DNA of 64,000 nucleotides from an uncultured Candidatus Peribacteria bacterium (GTDB lineage: Bacteria > Patescibacteriota > Gracilibacteria > UBA1369 > UBA12473), in contig CAYWKJ010000002.1 of assembly GCA_964459205.1 (NCBI GenBank), forward strand, positions 235 through 64,234. Reading direction: 5' to 3'. Shown here one piece after another: positions 27,689 through 39,640 of this stretch. The notes beneath the pieces are model-generated. The model had not been told where the DNA came from, did no database searches, and worked only from the letters and a program-made list of their open reading frames with translations. Each line of letters begins with the position of its first letter. Position 1 is the first letter of the stretch. Made by a program: the position numbers and the translations under genes.

Positions 27689-28654
27689 ATGAAACGCGTT
27701 CTTTCCGGTGTTCAACCGAGTGGACATCCACACATTGGCAATTATTTAGGTGCTATGAAACGCCACGTGGCTCATCAAGAAGAATTTGAGTCTTTTATTT
27801 TTATTGCTAACTATCACGCCCTAACTACCACCCGCGACGGACAAACCTTACGAGACTTCACCACGGAACTAGCTCTCGACTACCTTGCAATTGGCCTCGA
27901 CCCTGACAAAACCACTCTTTTCCGTCAAAGCGACGTTCCCGAACACACTGAATTAGCCTGGATTCTTTCCTGTATAACTCCCATGGGGATCCTTGAACGT
28001 TGCCATGCCTGGAAAGACGCCGAAGCTAAAAAGAAAAAGGAACCTTCCGCTGGCTTATTTACCTATCCAGTACTAATGGCCGCGGATATTTTGATGTACA
28101 AACCAGACCTTGTTCCAGTTGGGAAAGACCAAAAACAACACGTTGAGGTCACTCGCGATTTAGCTCTCAAATTCAACAACCTATATGGAGAAACTTTCCC
28201 ACTCCCTGAACCAAATATTAGCGAAGAGGTTCAAACTGTAGTTGGGACCGATGGTGAAAAAATGAGTAAAAGCTACGGCAACACCATTGCCATGTTTGGA
28301 GACGATGCCCAGCTCAAAAAAGAAGTCATGGGAATTATAACTGACTCCACTCCCCTCGAAGAACCAATGGCTCCTGATACTTGTAATGTTTTTAAACTTT
28401 ATTCTTATTTCGCAACACCAGAAGAGATCAAAACCTTCAAAGACAAATATCTTGCCGGAGGTTTTGGCTATGGCAATGCTAAAAAAACACTTCTAGAAAA
28501 ACTTCACGAAGTTCTAGATCCTTTTCGCCAAAAAAGAGTTGAGCTAAAAGGTAATATGGACTATGTTGAGGAAGTGTTAAAAACCGGCGCGAATAAGGCT
28601 CGAGCGATAGCGCAAAAGACCTTAGCCGAAGTTCGGGATAAAGTCGGCCTCTAA
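27689..28654 (+). CDS. trpS: Tryptophan--tRNA ligase
   Basis: GVQPSGHPHIGNYLGA (HIGH-type) and KMSKS motifs; 321 aa. CCTCC lies at 27678-27682. Confidence 0.93.
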   Translation: MKRVLSGVQPSGHPHIGNYLGAMKRHVAHQEEFESFIFIANYHALTTTRDGQTLRDFTTELALDYLAIGLDPDKTTLFRQSDVPEHTELAWILSCITPMGILERCHAWKDAEAKKKKEPSAGLFTYPVLMAADILMYKPDLVPVGKDQKQHVEVTRDLALKFNNLYGETFPLPEPNISEEVQTVVGTDGEKMSKSYGNTIAMFGDDAQLKKEVMGIITDSTPLEEPMAPDTCNVFKLYSYFATPEEIKTFKDKYLAGGFGYGNAKKTLLEKLHEVLDPFRQKRVELKGNMDYVEEVLKTGANKARAIAQKTLAEVRDKVGL

Positions 28655-28668
28655 CCCTTCCAACCTAA

Positions 28669-30291
<1,623 letters not shown>

Positions 30292-30311
30292 AACACTTTG
30301 GCCCTCCCAAA

Positions 30312-31679
30312 ATGCGCTTTAAATACACTGCAACCAACACGGAAGGCAAAACCTTAACCGGTATTATTAATGCCGAGACAGAAGAAGAAGCTCGCGAAAA
30401 GCTAAATCATTTAGGTTTTTCAATTTTAGAAATTAACGCTGCCCCAGAAACAGAAGGAACAGCTGCACAAAATTTAGAAAAATTCGAATTTGAAGCCACT
30501 GACAAAAACGGGAAAAAAATAAAAGGAAGCATCCCCGCTAAAGACCGTGAGGCCGCTTATAAGCGATTAATTGAGGAATATAGCTTCACAATCCAGTATT
30601 TAGCTCCAGCCAACGCCACTGAAGGTGAAAAAACCCGCTATCGCTTAGAGGGAGTCGACGCCTTAACTGAAGGGGCAACCCCACAAGACACAAAAGGAGA
30701 CGAAGCCATGCAAGAAGTTGTTGAAACACCAGAATTTGTCGCCGAAAAAGAATCATTAATTGCTCATGTTGATGGGATTATAGAAAAAATTCACAATCTC
30801 CTTTCAACCTTTGAAGGAAAAATCTCTCCTGAAAAAAGGGCTTTAATTGAAAACGACATCGACAAACTTCTTCGCATCAAAAGTTCTAATAATTTAGATT
30901 ATATTCGCCACACTTGTAAGGAATTACTTGAAAAAACCCAAGAAGAAGAAGTGTTCCTAACAAACCAAACTCACGAAGATGAGCGCAATACCATGGTGTT
31001 AGAAAGCCAAAAACTTATGATGGAGTTAAACAAAGCTTCTGGGGCCAAAACTAATGTTGGTCTCCAAATGAAATCATCCTTAAGTGCCTTAGAAGAAAAA
31101 CTAACTGGGGGAAAATTTGAGTTTTTGCTGGAACCAGTCCGCAATCTCCAAAATATGTTTACTCCAGATCCCGAAACACTCAAAATCAAAACTCAACTTA
31201 AATCACTACGTTCTCAAGAATGGACAGCCCTAAAAGTGGCCATAAAATCGCCAAAAGACACTCGTCCCGCCGCTTTGCAAAACCTTAAAGATCTTCGCAA
31301 CCAAGAAAAAGCAATCCGCGCCAAGCTACACGCCATTAAACAACTCCGGCACGAAAACAACTTAATGATCCGCAAAGAACGTGAAATCTATTTCATCGAA
31401 GAAATTAGCACCTTTACTGGAGCATTACTGGCCTTTTATATTATTTATTATTTTCTAGGACATTACGTAACTACCACCAGCTTAGAAATGGATCCAATCC
31501 TGGGTGTTCCCTTTGATCTAAGTAAATCTGTTTTATATAAATACTTACTTGCTATAATATTTTTAATTCATGCCAGCACCAGCGTTAAGTTAAACTTCTT
31601 TATAAGGAGCAAAATCGCCACAATCACCTTTGGAACTATAACGCTAGCTTTGTCGCTAATGGTGCTTTTTAACTTTTAA
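30312..31679 (+). CDS. Membrane protein with two GspF/PilC-N-terminal-like domains, a long coiled coil and a C-terminal TM region
   Basis: MRFKYTATNTEGKTLTGIINAETEEEAREKLNHLGFSILEI and FEFEATDKNGKKIKGSIPAKDREAAYKRLIEEYSF match the F.Y.A.d..G....G.i.A.....A...L...G pattern of type II secretion / type IV pilus platform N-domains. Hydrophobic helices lie at the C-terminus. Confidence 0.7.
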   Translation: MRFKYTATNTEGKTLTGIINAETEEEAREKLNHLGFSILEINAAPETEGTAAQNLEKFEFEATDKNGKKIKGSIPAKDREAAYKRLIEEYSFTIQYLAPANATEGEKTRYRLEGVDALTEGATPQDTKGDEAMQEVVETPEFVAEKESLIAHVDGIIEKIHNLLSTFEGKISPEKRALIENDIDKLLRIKSSNNLDYIRHTCKELLEKTQEEEVFLTNQTHEDERNTMVLESQKLMMELNKASGAKTNVGLQMKSSLSALEEKLTGGKFEFLLEPVRNLQNMFTPDPETLKIKTQLKSLRSQEWTALKVAIKSPKDTRPAALQNLKDLRNQEKAIRAKLHAIKQLRHENNLMIRKEREIYFIEEISTFTGALLAFYIIYYFLGHYVTTTSLEMDPILGVPFDLSKSVLYKYLLAIIFLIHASTSVKLNFFIRSKIATITFGTITLALSLMVLFNF

Positions 31680-31681
31680 CT

Positions 31682-32467
31682 ATGCTGCCAACTTTATTTG
31701 AACTAGGGCCTTTTACAATCTACACACTTTGGGTTTGTGTAGTCATTGCTCTTTTAATCGGGACTCTACTCATTCTCAAAAAAGCCAAATATCAACGAAT
31801 GGATATCCATTTTTTACTGGACCATAGCCTAAGTTTATTTATTGGAGCTGCTTTGTTTTCACGTCTAGTATTTGCCCTGACTAATTGGGGATATTTTGGG
31901 CCACCAAGTTTTTTTGGAACCATCCAACAAATTATATTCTTCTGGCAACCCGGATACTCATTTTGGGGCGCGATGCTAGGTTTTACCCTTGTATTCTTAA
32001 TCCATTGCCATCGCCAAGAACAAGATCCCTTAGAATGGCTCGAAGTCGCCATTAAACCGCTTTTTATTGGAATTATGATCGGAAATCTTGGACAATTTTT
32101 AGATGGTCAAGCATACGGCAAAGAAACCATTCTCCCCTGGGGTATAACTTTTGAAAGCACTAATGTTAAGTATACCGTTCCAATTCATCCTACTCAGCTT
32201 TATTCAATCATTATTATTTTAACGATTCTTTTAACTCGGCAAAAAGTCATTACTAAATGGCCAAAATTAGGAGAAAAATACAACTGGGCTATATTTGCCC
32301 TTAGTGTTTACGCCTTTGCTAGATTCTTATTAGAATTTATTCGCGGAGACGACACTTTCCAAATTGGACCAGTCCGCATCGGACACCTAGTAGCTTTAAT
32401 TCTATTTGGAATTTTCGCTCATATGCTTTATAAAAGAACGCGAACCATTAAACCCAATAAAAAATGA
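31682..32467 (+). CDS. lgt: Prolipoprotein diacylglyceryl transferase
   Basis: A polytopic membrane protein with the HPTQLYS signature and GDD..Q region; 261 aa. Confidence 0.85.
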   Translation: MLPTLFELGPFTIYTLWVCVVIALLIGTLLILKKAKYQRMDIHFLLDHSLSLFIGAALFSRLVFALTNWGYFGPPSFFGTIQQIIFFWQPGYSFWGAMLGFTLVFLIHCHRQEQDPLEWLEVAIKPLFIGIMIGNLGQFLDGQAYGKETILPWGITFESTNVKYTVPIHPTQLYSIIIILTILLTRQKVITKWPKLGEKYNWAIFALSVYAFARFLLEFIRGDDTFQIGPVRIGHLVALILFGIFAHMLYKRTRTIKPNKK

Positions 32468-32895
32468 GCCCTCTCAAACTTTTAAGCCCAAGTTACCTTT
32501 TTACAATTCAGCCAGGATCTGAATTCAAATTCATGGTACCCCTTATCGTTCTGTTTTTAATTCTCACCGTCGGATCCTTTTATATTGATGGCTGGATCAA
32601 AAAACAACCACACCGCGCTGCTATCCGCGAATTACTGCCTAAATTTGGATCACGTCTTAGATTACTCGGAATTATTGGTTTTCTCCTCCTGTTTGCTCGT
32701 TACGAAAACATCCCCTATTTCGCCATGCGTTTCATGCTCCTAGCTTTCCTAATTGGTATTGCTGCTTATATTGGATACAGTCTTTACAAGTACAAAACAC
32801 ATCTTCCTGAGCTCTTAGAAACCCGTAAGAAAAAAGCTACTCATCACAAGTACTTGCCAAAGAGTAAAAAGAAGAAGAAAAAGAAGAAACGATAG
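32464..32895 (+). CDS. Small membrane protein with poly-lysine C-terminus
   Basis: Three predicted TM helices. It ends ...KYLPKSKKKKKKKKR (8 Lys at 32866-32889). ATGA overlap with lgt. Confidence 0.6.
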   Translation: MSPLKLLSPSYLFTIQPGSEFKFMVPLIVLFLILTVGSFYIDGWIKKQPHRAAIRELLPKFGSRLRLLGIIGFLLLFARYENIPYFAMRFMLLAFLIGIAAYIGYSLYKYKTHLPELLETRKKKATHHKYLPKSKKKKKKKKR

Positions 32896-32898
32896 ACT

Positions 32899-33396
32899 CT
32901 ATTTCAACTTCACAATCTTATACACGACCTTTCCAGCCGGCACATGAGCGTCAACTTGATCGCCGACTTTATGATCTAACAAAGCCTCCCCAATCGGAGA
33001 TTCATTAGAAATCCGATGACTTAGCGGATCTGCCTCAGTAGAACCAACTATTGTATAAGTTTCATTTTCACCATCACGTGGTTTAATTCGTTTAATTGTG
33101 ACCTCACTACCAAGCTCAACTACTTTGCCCTGTTTGTGGGTAATAATCTTCGCATGCTTAACTTTTTCCTCTAATTCAATAATACGAGCCTCCAAAAAAG
33201 CCTGTTCATTTTTAGCTTCTTCATACTCAGAGTTCTCTGATAGATCACCATAAGAAATCGCCTCTTCTAGACGCTTGGCCACCTCCCGACGCCGGACATT
33301 TTTCAGATTCTCTAACTCATCATTTAATTGTTTTAAACCCTCTTTTGTAACAAAAGTAACCTTATCATCTTTCATGGTAGCGTCGCGCTTTGGCAT
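32899..33396 (-). CDS. greA: Transcription elongation factor GreA
   Basis: An N-terminal coiled coil (TKEGLKQLNDELENLK...SENSEYEEAKNEQAFLEARI) and a C-terminal FKBP-like domain. The start is ambiguous between ATG 33396 and ATG 33375. Confidence 0.9.
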   Translation of the reverse strand: MPKRDATMKDDKVTFVTKEGLKQLNDELENLKNVRRREVAKRLEEAISYGDLSENSEYEEAKNEQAFLEARIIELEEKVKHAKIITHKQGKVVELGSEVTIKRIKPRDGENETYTIVGSTEADPLSHRISNESPIGEALLDHKVGDQVDAHVPAGKVVYKIVKLK

Positions 33397-33415
33397 TATT
33401 AAGTGTTTTTAAAGA

Positions 33416-34573
33416 CTAATTACGAATTCGAACACTAGTTGGGTGTTCTTTGAGTTTCTGAAGCACTTTGGCCTCAATTTGACGGATACGTTCACGCGTT
33501 ACTCCAAACTCCTGACCAACTTCCTCTAAAGTATGGCCAATGCCATCTTTAAGTCCAAACCGCATTTCAATAATCTTTCGTTCTCGCGGTGAAAGGTACT
33601 GGAGCATTTCATGGATATTCTCCTTAATGATATTACGATTTGTAAGATCTGACGGAGAAAGTGAATCCTGGTCCTCAATAAAATCTCCTAATTTACTATC
33701 TTCTTCAGCTCCCACTGGCGCCTCTAAAGACACAATATCCTGAGAAATCTTCATAATATGGCGCACTTTCTTTACTTCCATAGTCATTTCAGCCGCCAAT
33801 TCTTCAATTAATGGTTCACGACCCAACTCCTGCATTAAACGACGTTGCGTATGCGTAAGTTTATTGATCGTTTCCACCATATGAACTGGAATACGAATCG
33901 TGCGAGCCTGATCAGCAATCGCTCGGGTTATCGCCTGACGAATCCACCAAGTAGCATAAGTTGAGAATTTAAATCCACGATCTGGATCAAATTTTTCAAC
34001 AGCTCGGAAAAGACCAATATTCCCTTCCTGAATTAAATCAAGGAACGAAAGACCACGTCCGATATATTTTTTTGCAATACTAACCACCAAACGAAGATTA
34101 GCCTCAGCAAGCTGCTTTTTAGCAGATTGATCGCCCTTAGCAATTCGACGAGCTAAATCCGCCTCTTCTTTAGCAGTTAACAGATCAACTTTTCCAATTT
34201 CACACAAATACATTCGAATCGAATCATTCGCAATATCACTTAAATCAACCTCTTTACGAGCCTTTTTATCAGCCTCTTCCTTGGTTGGTTTCTTTTTATC
34301 ACCTTCACCCTCTTTTTTAGGAGCTTTTTTCTTTTTATCCCAAATCAACTTATCTTTCACATCAATCACATCAATACCTAAATCCAAAAACAAAGTATAA
34401 ATCTCATCCAGCAACAAAACATCCTCCTCAGCATCTGGCACCGCCTTCATCAATTCTTGTTGTGTCACAAAACCACGTTCACGACCTTTTTTAATCAGTT
34501 TTTTAACTGCCGGAGGATAATCGTCTAACTTATCGTCTGTAAAATGAGAAATGAATTTTCTAGTTCGCGCCAT
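33416..34573 (-). CDS. rpoD: RNA polymerase primary sigma factor (sigma-70 family)
   Basis: Region 2 ([17 protein letters not shown]...[15 protein letters not shown]), region 3 and region 4.2 ([20 protein letters not shown]). I prefer ATG 34573 (MARTRK...), which abuts the dnaG stop at 34578-34580. Confidence 0.92.
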   Translation of the reverse strand: MARTRKFISHFTDDKLDDYPPAVKKLIKKGRERGFVTQQELMKAVPDAEEDVLLLDEIYTLFLDLGIDVIDVKDKLIWDKKKKAPKKEGEGDKKKPTKEEADKKARKEVDLSDIANDSIRMYLCEIGKVDLLTAKEEADLARRIAKGDQSAKKQLAEANLRLVVSIAKKYIGRGLSFLDLIQEGNIGLFRAVEKFDPDRGFKFSTYATWWIRQAITRAIADQARTIRIPVHMVETINKLTHTQRRLMQELGREPLIEELAAEMTMEVKKVRHIMKISQDIVSLEAPVGAEEDSKLGDFIEDQDSLSPSDLTNRNIIKENIHEMLQYLSPRERKIIEMRFGLKDGIGHTLEEVGQEFGVTRERIRQIEAKVLQKLKEHPTSVRIRN

Positions 34574-34577
34574 GCAT

Positions 34578-36347
34578 TTAGGAGAAAAGTGCAGAATACT
34601 CTTGGAAGAGCTTTGCTTCTGTCTCAACGTCATTTGATTTTTGCGCCTCTCTAATCTGTTCCATTAACTCTTTAGCTTGATTTTTATGGGAGCTCTGAAC
34701 CAGCCTCTCCCCCACTGCAATCATTTCCTTAGTCAGCATCTCTTCAGAAAGATCAGAATTTTTATTCTCAGCATAGAGCATTACTACCTCCCATTTCTGC
34801 TGCTCTTCCTCCTGTAAATTGGCAAAAATAACGTGAACGTCGACACAAGCCTCGGCATTATACTGAGAAAGAACAGATTTGTAAACTGTTTTTAAGGGTT
34901 CTTCAAACATCTTTTCAGAAACAGTCAAGACTTCTTTGCTAACCTGTTCCGGGAACCGCAACAAAAGCCCTAAAAAGTAATCAGGATCAGAAACCTTTCC
35001 AGTTATTTGAGCAGCCTTTACATCCTTATGAGAACGCTCATAAGCATATGGATCCTTTTTGAGTGAATTATACTCGTCGTAAACAAACTTAGGATCAGTT
35101 TTAAGTAAAAATCCAAGCTGTTTAATAAAATGATCTCGCTCCATTGACCCCGCCTTTTTAAGCAACGGCAAAAACTCTTTAAGTGCCTTCTGCTTACCTT
35201 CTAAAGTGGAACAATCATGCTGCTTGCCAGCCAACTCCAAGTAATAATCCAAATAAAACGGAGCTGCAGCCACTGCTTTCTCCCACAAAGCTGGATCTTG
35301 TTTAATACACTCATCTGGATCCTTACCCTCTGGGACCTGAATAACTCGCATATTAAGACCAAAATGCTGACCTAACTCCACCGCGCGCTTAAGAGCGTCT
35401 TGCCCAGCTGAATCAGTATCAAAAGCAAAGGCCACATTATGCGTAAACCTCTTAATTAACTTAATTTGCGCCTCAGTTAACGCTGTACCAGAACTAGCCA
35501 CCACATTTCGAATCCCCGCTTGGTGCGAAGCCATTACATCCATATAACCCTCTACTACCACGGCCAAATCTTGCTCACGAATCGCTTTTTTAGCCTTATC
35601 AAAACCATAAAGCACATCACTTTTATGATAAATCGGTGACTCTGGTGAGTTAAGGTATTTAGGCTGTTCGCCTTTTTTTAAAGCTCGCCCCCCAAACCCA
35701 ACCACTCGTCCCTTGGCATCCCAAATTGGAAACATTAATCTTAGCCTAAAACGATCGTAAACTCGTCCGCCTCCCGTGTCTTTAGCAACCACCAAACCCA
35801 ACTCCAATAAATCCTTTTTTGAACACTTTTTTTGTACAAGATGTTCATAAGTCGCTTCAAATGAATCTGGCGATAATCCAACCTGAAATTCCTGAATTGT
35901 AGCGGCGGTAAAGCCACGGTTCTCCAAATATTGAAGAGATTTTTTCCCTTCTTTTGAGGACCGCAATAAATCCTGATAAAACTTACTAGTTTCATCATTA
36001 ATTCCGTACAAAACTTGTTTATGGTCTTTAGTTTCCTGCGATACAGGAGCTGCCATTTTATACTCTGACATTTCAAGACCAGCTCGATCTGCCAAAATCT
36101 CTATCGCGCCTTTAAAATCAACCCCTTCAATTTCTTGAATAAAAGTGAACATATCACCTCCTTTATTACAACCAAAACAATATGCCAGTTGCCGCTCTGG
36201 GCTAACCACAAAACTGGGAGTTTTCTCCTGATGAAAAGGGCAGCAAGCCTTAAGACTGCGGCCCGCCCGCTTAAGTTGCACATAAGGCGCCACCACCTGC
36301 TCAATGGTTAGCCTATTCTTAATATCAGCAACAACATCTCCTTTCAT
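34578..36347 (-). CDS. dnaG: DNA primase
   Basis: Zinc finger [11 protein letters not shown]...CFGC and TOPRIM motifs ([16 protein letters not shown]). It lies immediately upstream of rpoD, as in the classical macromolecular-synthesis operon. Confidence 0.92.
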   Translation of the reverse strand: MKGDVVADIKNRLTIEQVVAPYVQLKRAGRSLKACCPFHQEKTPSFVVSPERQLAYCFGCNKGGDMFTFIQEIEGVDFKGAIEILADRAGLEMSEYKMAAPVSQETKDHKQVLYGINDETSKFYQDLLRSSKEGKKSLQYLENRGFTAATIQEFQVGLSPDSFEATYEHLVQKKCSKKDLLELGLVVAKDTGGGRVYDRFRLRLMFPIWDAKGRVVGFGGRALKKGEQPKYLNSPESPIYHKSDVLYGFDKAKKAIREQDLAVVVEGYMDVMASHQAGIRNVVASSGTALTEAQIKLIKRFTHNVAFAFDTDSAGQDALKRAVELGQHFGLNMRVIQVPEGKDPDECIKQDPALWEKAVAAAPFYLDYYLELAGKQHDCSTLEGKQKALKEFLPLLKKAGSMERDHFIKQLGFLLKTDPKFVYDEYNSLKKDPYAYERSHKDVKAAQITGKVSDPDYFLGLLLRFPEQVSKEVLTVSEKMFEEPLKTVYKSVLSQYNAEACVDVHVIFANLQEEEQQKWEVVMLYAENKNSDLSEEMLTKEMIAVGERLVQSSHKNQAKELMEQIREAQKSNDVETEAKLFQEYSALFS

Positions 36348-36381
36348 AAATAAACCTTAAGGGACGCCACTATAACGCATT

Positions 36382-37665
36382 TTATGGCCTAAATCGAGTA
36401 GTCATGCGTGGGAAAGGAATACACTCACGAATATGCTCAACTCCACACACAAAACGAACCATCCGCTCCAATCCTAAACCAAACCCGCTATGAGGGACAG
36501 ATCCATACTTTCGCAAGTCTAAATACCATTGATATTCTGGCCCGTCCATATCCTCTTCTTCAATCGCTTTTTTAAGAATTTCATAAGAATCCTCACGTTG
36601 CGAGCCTCCAATCAACTCACCAGACCCCTCAGTGCCAATAAGATCATTATTCAAAACTAATTCTGGATTTTCCGGGTCAACTTTCATGTAAAACGGCTTA
36701 ATAGCGCGTGGCCATTTATGAATAAAAACTGGCACATCGCTGTCTTTAGTGATCGTAACCTCGTCATCATTGCCTAAGTCCTCACCAAACTTAATATCCG
36801 ATCCCTTAGATCGAAGATCCTCAATCGCTTCGGTATAAGTTAAACGTTTAAATGGAGCCTTAATTTTAGTAAGTGGCTCAATATCGCGTCCCAAAACCTC
36901 AAGCTCCTTTTTACAGCGCTCTACACAACGCTCCACAATAAACACAATCATATTTTCTTGAATTTCCATACTCTCCTCATGCTCCACAAATGCTGCCTCT
37001 GCATCCATCATCCAGAACTCAGTTAAATGGCGTTTAGTTTTACTTTTTTCCGCCCGAAAAGTTGGCCCAAAATCAAACCCCCGACCAACCGACATAATGG
37101 CGGCCTCCAGGTACAATTGACCAGACTGACTCAAAAAAAGTGTATCATCTTCAAAATATTCAATTTCAAACAAAGTAGTAGCTCCTTCACAAGCATTTGG
37201 CGTCAAAATTGGTGTATCAATTTTTACAAAACCATTCTCATGAAAATAGTCATAAACCGCGCTAATCACGCAATCACGAACCCGCTGAATTGCCCACTGT
37301 TTTTTGGATCGCAGCCACAAATGACGATGATCAAGCAAAAAATCCGGACCATGCTCTTTTTTCGCAATTGGGTACTCCTCTTCGGGGATATGAACAATTT
37401 CTATTCCCGTTACTTGCAACTCAAAAACATCATCTTTTTTTGGGTGCTGCGAGACTGTTCCGGTGATTTTACAGGAAGTTTCCATGGTCATTTTTTCGGC
37501 CTCAGCCAACAAATCAGGCTCCGTTACAACTCCTTGCGTCATCCCACTACCATCACGCAATTGCAGAAAATAAATTTTTCCACTTCCACGCTTATTAAAC
37601 ATCCAGCCACGAATTGTAACTTCCTTATCAACATGGCTCCCTAAATCTTTTATAAGAACATTCAT
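36382..37665 (-). CDS. asnS: Asparagine--tRNA ligase (short Thermus/archaeal-like form)
   Basis: Class II aaRS with FRAEKSKTKRHLTEFWMMDAE (the EFWM context is typical of AsnRS) and a C-terminal YQWYLDLRKYGSVPHSGFGLGLERM; 427 aa. Confidence 0.85.
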   Translation of the reverse strand: MNVLIKDLGSHVDKEVTIRGWMFNKRGSGKIYFLQLRDGSGMTQGVVTEPDLLAEAEKMTMETSCKITGTVSQHPKKDDVFELQVTGIEIVHIPEEEYPIAKKEHGPDFLLDHRHLWLRSKKQWAIQRVRDCVISAVYDYFHENGFVKIDTPILTPNACEGATTLFEIEYFEDDTLFLSQSGQLYLEAAIMSVGRGFDFGPTFRAEKSKTKRHLTEFWMMDAEAAFVEHEESMEIQENMIVFIVERCVERCKKELEVLGRDIEPLTKIKAPFKRLTYTEAIEDLRSKGSDIKFGEDLGNDDEVTITKDSDVPVFIHKWPRAIKPFYMKVDPENPELVLNNDLIGTEGSGELIGGSQREDSYEILKKAIEEEDMDGPEYQWYLDLRKYGSVPHSGFGLGLERMVRFVCGVEHIRECIPFPRMTTRFRP

Positions 37666-37674
37666 AAGAATTAA

Positions 37675-38751
37675 TTAAGTTTTATTTGCGCGGCCTTTCA
37701 TGACCACTAATCCACCCAAAATTACCATAAGCCCTAGCATTATCGAAAGAGCAACCATTTTTTGAGCTGACCCAAGAAAAAGCGCTGTTCCCCCAAAAAT
37801 AACCGACACTGTATAGATAAAAAACACAGCCTGACGCTCTGAAAAGCCAGCCTTCATTAAACGATGATGAATATGACGCAAATCGCCCTTAAACGGCGAT
37901 TGTTTCTGATAAATTCGACGCCCGATCACCCAGAGCGCATCTAAAATAGGGAATCCCATAATAAGCAGGGCTGTAGCGATTTTCCCGCCCGAAAAAATAG
38001 CCAGTGTCGCTAGCATAAATCCCAGGAACATACTGCCCGTGTCCCCCATCAAAATCTTAGCTGGTGTAAAATCAAATAACCAAAAAGCAAAGGCCGATCC
38101 CGCCAAAATAATAGCGAGCAGCGCCACGTCAGCCTGGTCTATATAATGAAAATTCGGACGAATCGCCAGGACAAACATAACTACCGACCCAATAGTCGTC
38201 AGTCCACTCACAATTCCGGGGACACCATCCATCCAATTCAACGTATTCATAAGAAGTATTATCCACAAAATCGTAAACAAATCCGCCAACACCGTAAAAT
38301 TGTAAACAGTATCGGCAATCGTAATCGGAATTTCGTAAGTATCTAAATAAATCAGTCCACCAAGAGGGTTTGTAACAGAAGTAATTCCCACTCCCGCCAA
38401 AATCACTGTTACCGCCGCTAACAACTGCACACCAAGTCTTAAAAACGGATTTAAACCAAAACGATCATCCAAAAAACTCACTCCCACAATCATTGTCGCC
38501 GCAATCAACACCCCCCATAAATGCTTATCAAAATCCATAAAAATTCCCAGACATATCAAAAACACCACAAAAATAATTAATCCCCCACTATAAGGAATCG
38601 GAGCCCGTTTAAGCCCGTACTTTTTAGGCCGATCAAGAAGCCCGAGTCGCGGAAACGCATAAAGCGAAAAAGCAGTCAGCACAAACGTGAGCGCAAAGGC
38701 GACAAAACCTGGGAGAAGATATGGCTGGAGGGCTTGTAAATAAGCAATCAT
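37675..38751 (-). CDS. Polyprenyl-phosphate N-acetylhexosamine-1-phosphate transferase, WecA/TagO-like (MraY/WecA superfamily)
   Basis: About 10 TM helices, with GLLDRPKKYGLKRAPIPYSGG, DDRFGL, NTLNWMDGVPG, GDTGSMFLG and HIHHRL motifs. It lacks the MraY-specific N-terminal GTPTMGG context. Confidence 0.8.
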   Translation of the reverse strand: MIAYLQALQPYLLPGFVAFALTFVLTAFSLYAFPRLGLLDRPKKYGLKRAPIPYSGGLIIFVVFLICLGIFMDFDKHLWGVLIAATMIVGVSFLDDRFGLNPFLRLGVQLLAAVTVILAGVGITSVTNPLGGLIYLDTYEIPITIADTVYNFTVLADLFTILWIILLMNTLNWMDGVPGIVSGLTTIGSVVMFVLAIRPNFHYIDQADVALLAIILAGSAFAFWLFDFTPAKILMGDTGSMFLGFMLATLAIFSGGKIATALLIMGFPILDALWVIGRRIYQKQSPFKGDLRHIHHRLMKAGFSERQAVFFIYTVSVIFGGTALFLGSAQKMVALSIMLGLMVILGGLVVMKGRANKT

Positions 38752-38759
38752 GACGGACG

Positions 38760-39605
38760 TTATTCTAACACAAAATTCTTAACTGGACTCAAAAAACCAC
38801 TATTAAGTTCCGCTAGGCTGACCAGATGATCATTATGAAGAACCGCGAAAATAGTATCAGTATGCGGCGGACTACCACCCACATGAACCTTTTGACCCTG
38901 ATTTAAAGCCCACATTTCATTCTCATTAACCTTTATGGTTGGCCAACCAGCCACAATTTGCTCGAGTGGAATAAGGTTTTCGGAGGTGATTTCGGTGGCC
39001 TTGCTAAGTGCAAATTCTCCCACGTGAGTGCGACGAAGTGCCGTCATAATCGCTCCACAACCAAGTACTTGGCCCAAATCATGAACAATTGAACGGATAT
39101 AGGTGCCGCTGGAGCAAGCTATCGTAAGCTGAGCTATAGGGCCGTCTAGATTTTCGAGCGTAAGTTTATCGATACGAACTTGGCGTGATTTAAGTTCGAC
39201 CTTTTCACCTTTGCGTGCCAGATCATAAGCACGCTGACCATTTATTTTAAGAGCGGAAAAAGCAGGCGGTATTTGCTCGATTTCGCCCCGGAATTGCTCG
39301 AGGGCCTGCTCAAGTTGCGCGCGAGTAGGCAAAGGGACGTCTGTTTCGACAATTTGGCCCTCACTATCATAAGTATCGCTAGTTTTGCCAAATTCAAGTG
39401 TAGCTTCGTACTCTTTGTCCGCGCCCATAAGGTATTCTATAAGCTTTGTTCCCTCGCCTACTGCCAAGACCAAAACTCCGGTAGCAAGCGGGTCCAACGT
39501 ACCAAGGTGACCAATTTTGCGCACCTTAAGCACGCGGCGGGCCTGGGCCACCATATCAAACGAAGTTACGCCCGCTGGTTTGTCTAAAATAAAAAAACCT
39601 TTCAT
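38760..39605 (-). CDS. truB: tRNA pseudouridine(55) synthase
   Basis: GHLGTLDPLATGVLVLAVGEGTK catalytic Asp motif; 281 aa. Confidence 0.92.
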   Translation of the reverse strand: MKGFFILDKPAGVTSFDMVAQARRVLKVRKIGHLGTLDPLATGVLVLAVGEGTKLIEYLMGADKEYEATLEFGKTSDTYDSEGQIVETDVPLPTRAQLEQALEQFRGEIEQIPPAFSALKINGQRAYDLARKGEKVELKSRQVRIDKLTLENLDGPIAQLTIACSSGTYIRSIVHDLGQVLGCGAIMTALRRTHVGEFALSKATEITSENLIPLEQIVAGWPTIKVNENEMWALNQGQKVHVGGSPPHTDTIFAVLHNDHLVSLAELNSGFLSPVKNFVLE

Positions 39606-39640
39606 GGGTTTAGCGTAACGAAAGGCAGAGACGTCTGCAA

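Noticed and set aside
37027-37644. 205-aa plus-strand ORF
   Set aside because: It lies entirely antisense to asnS, whose identity is unambiguous. Its composition is low-complexity and unlike a real protein.
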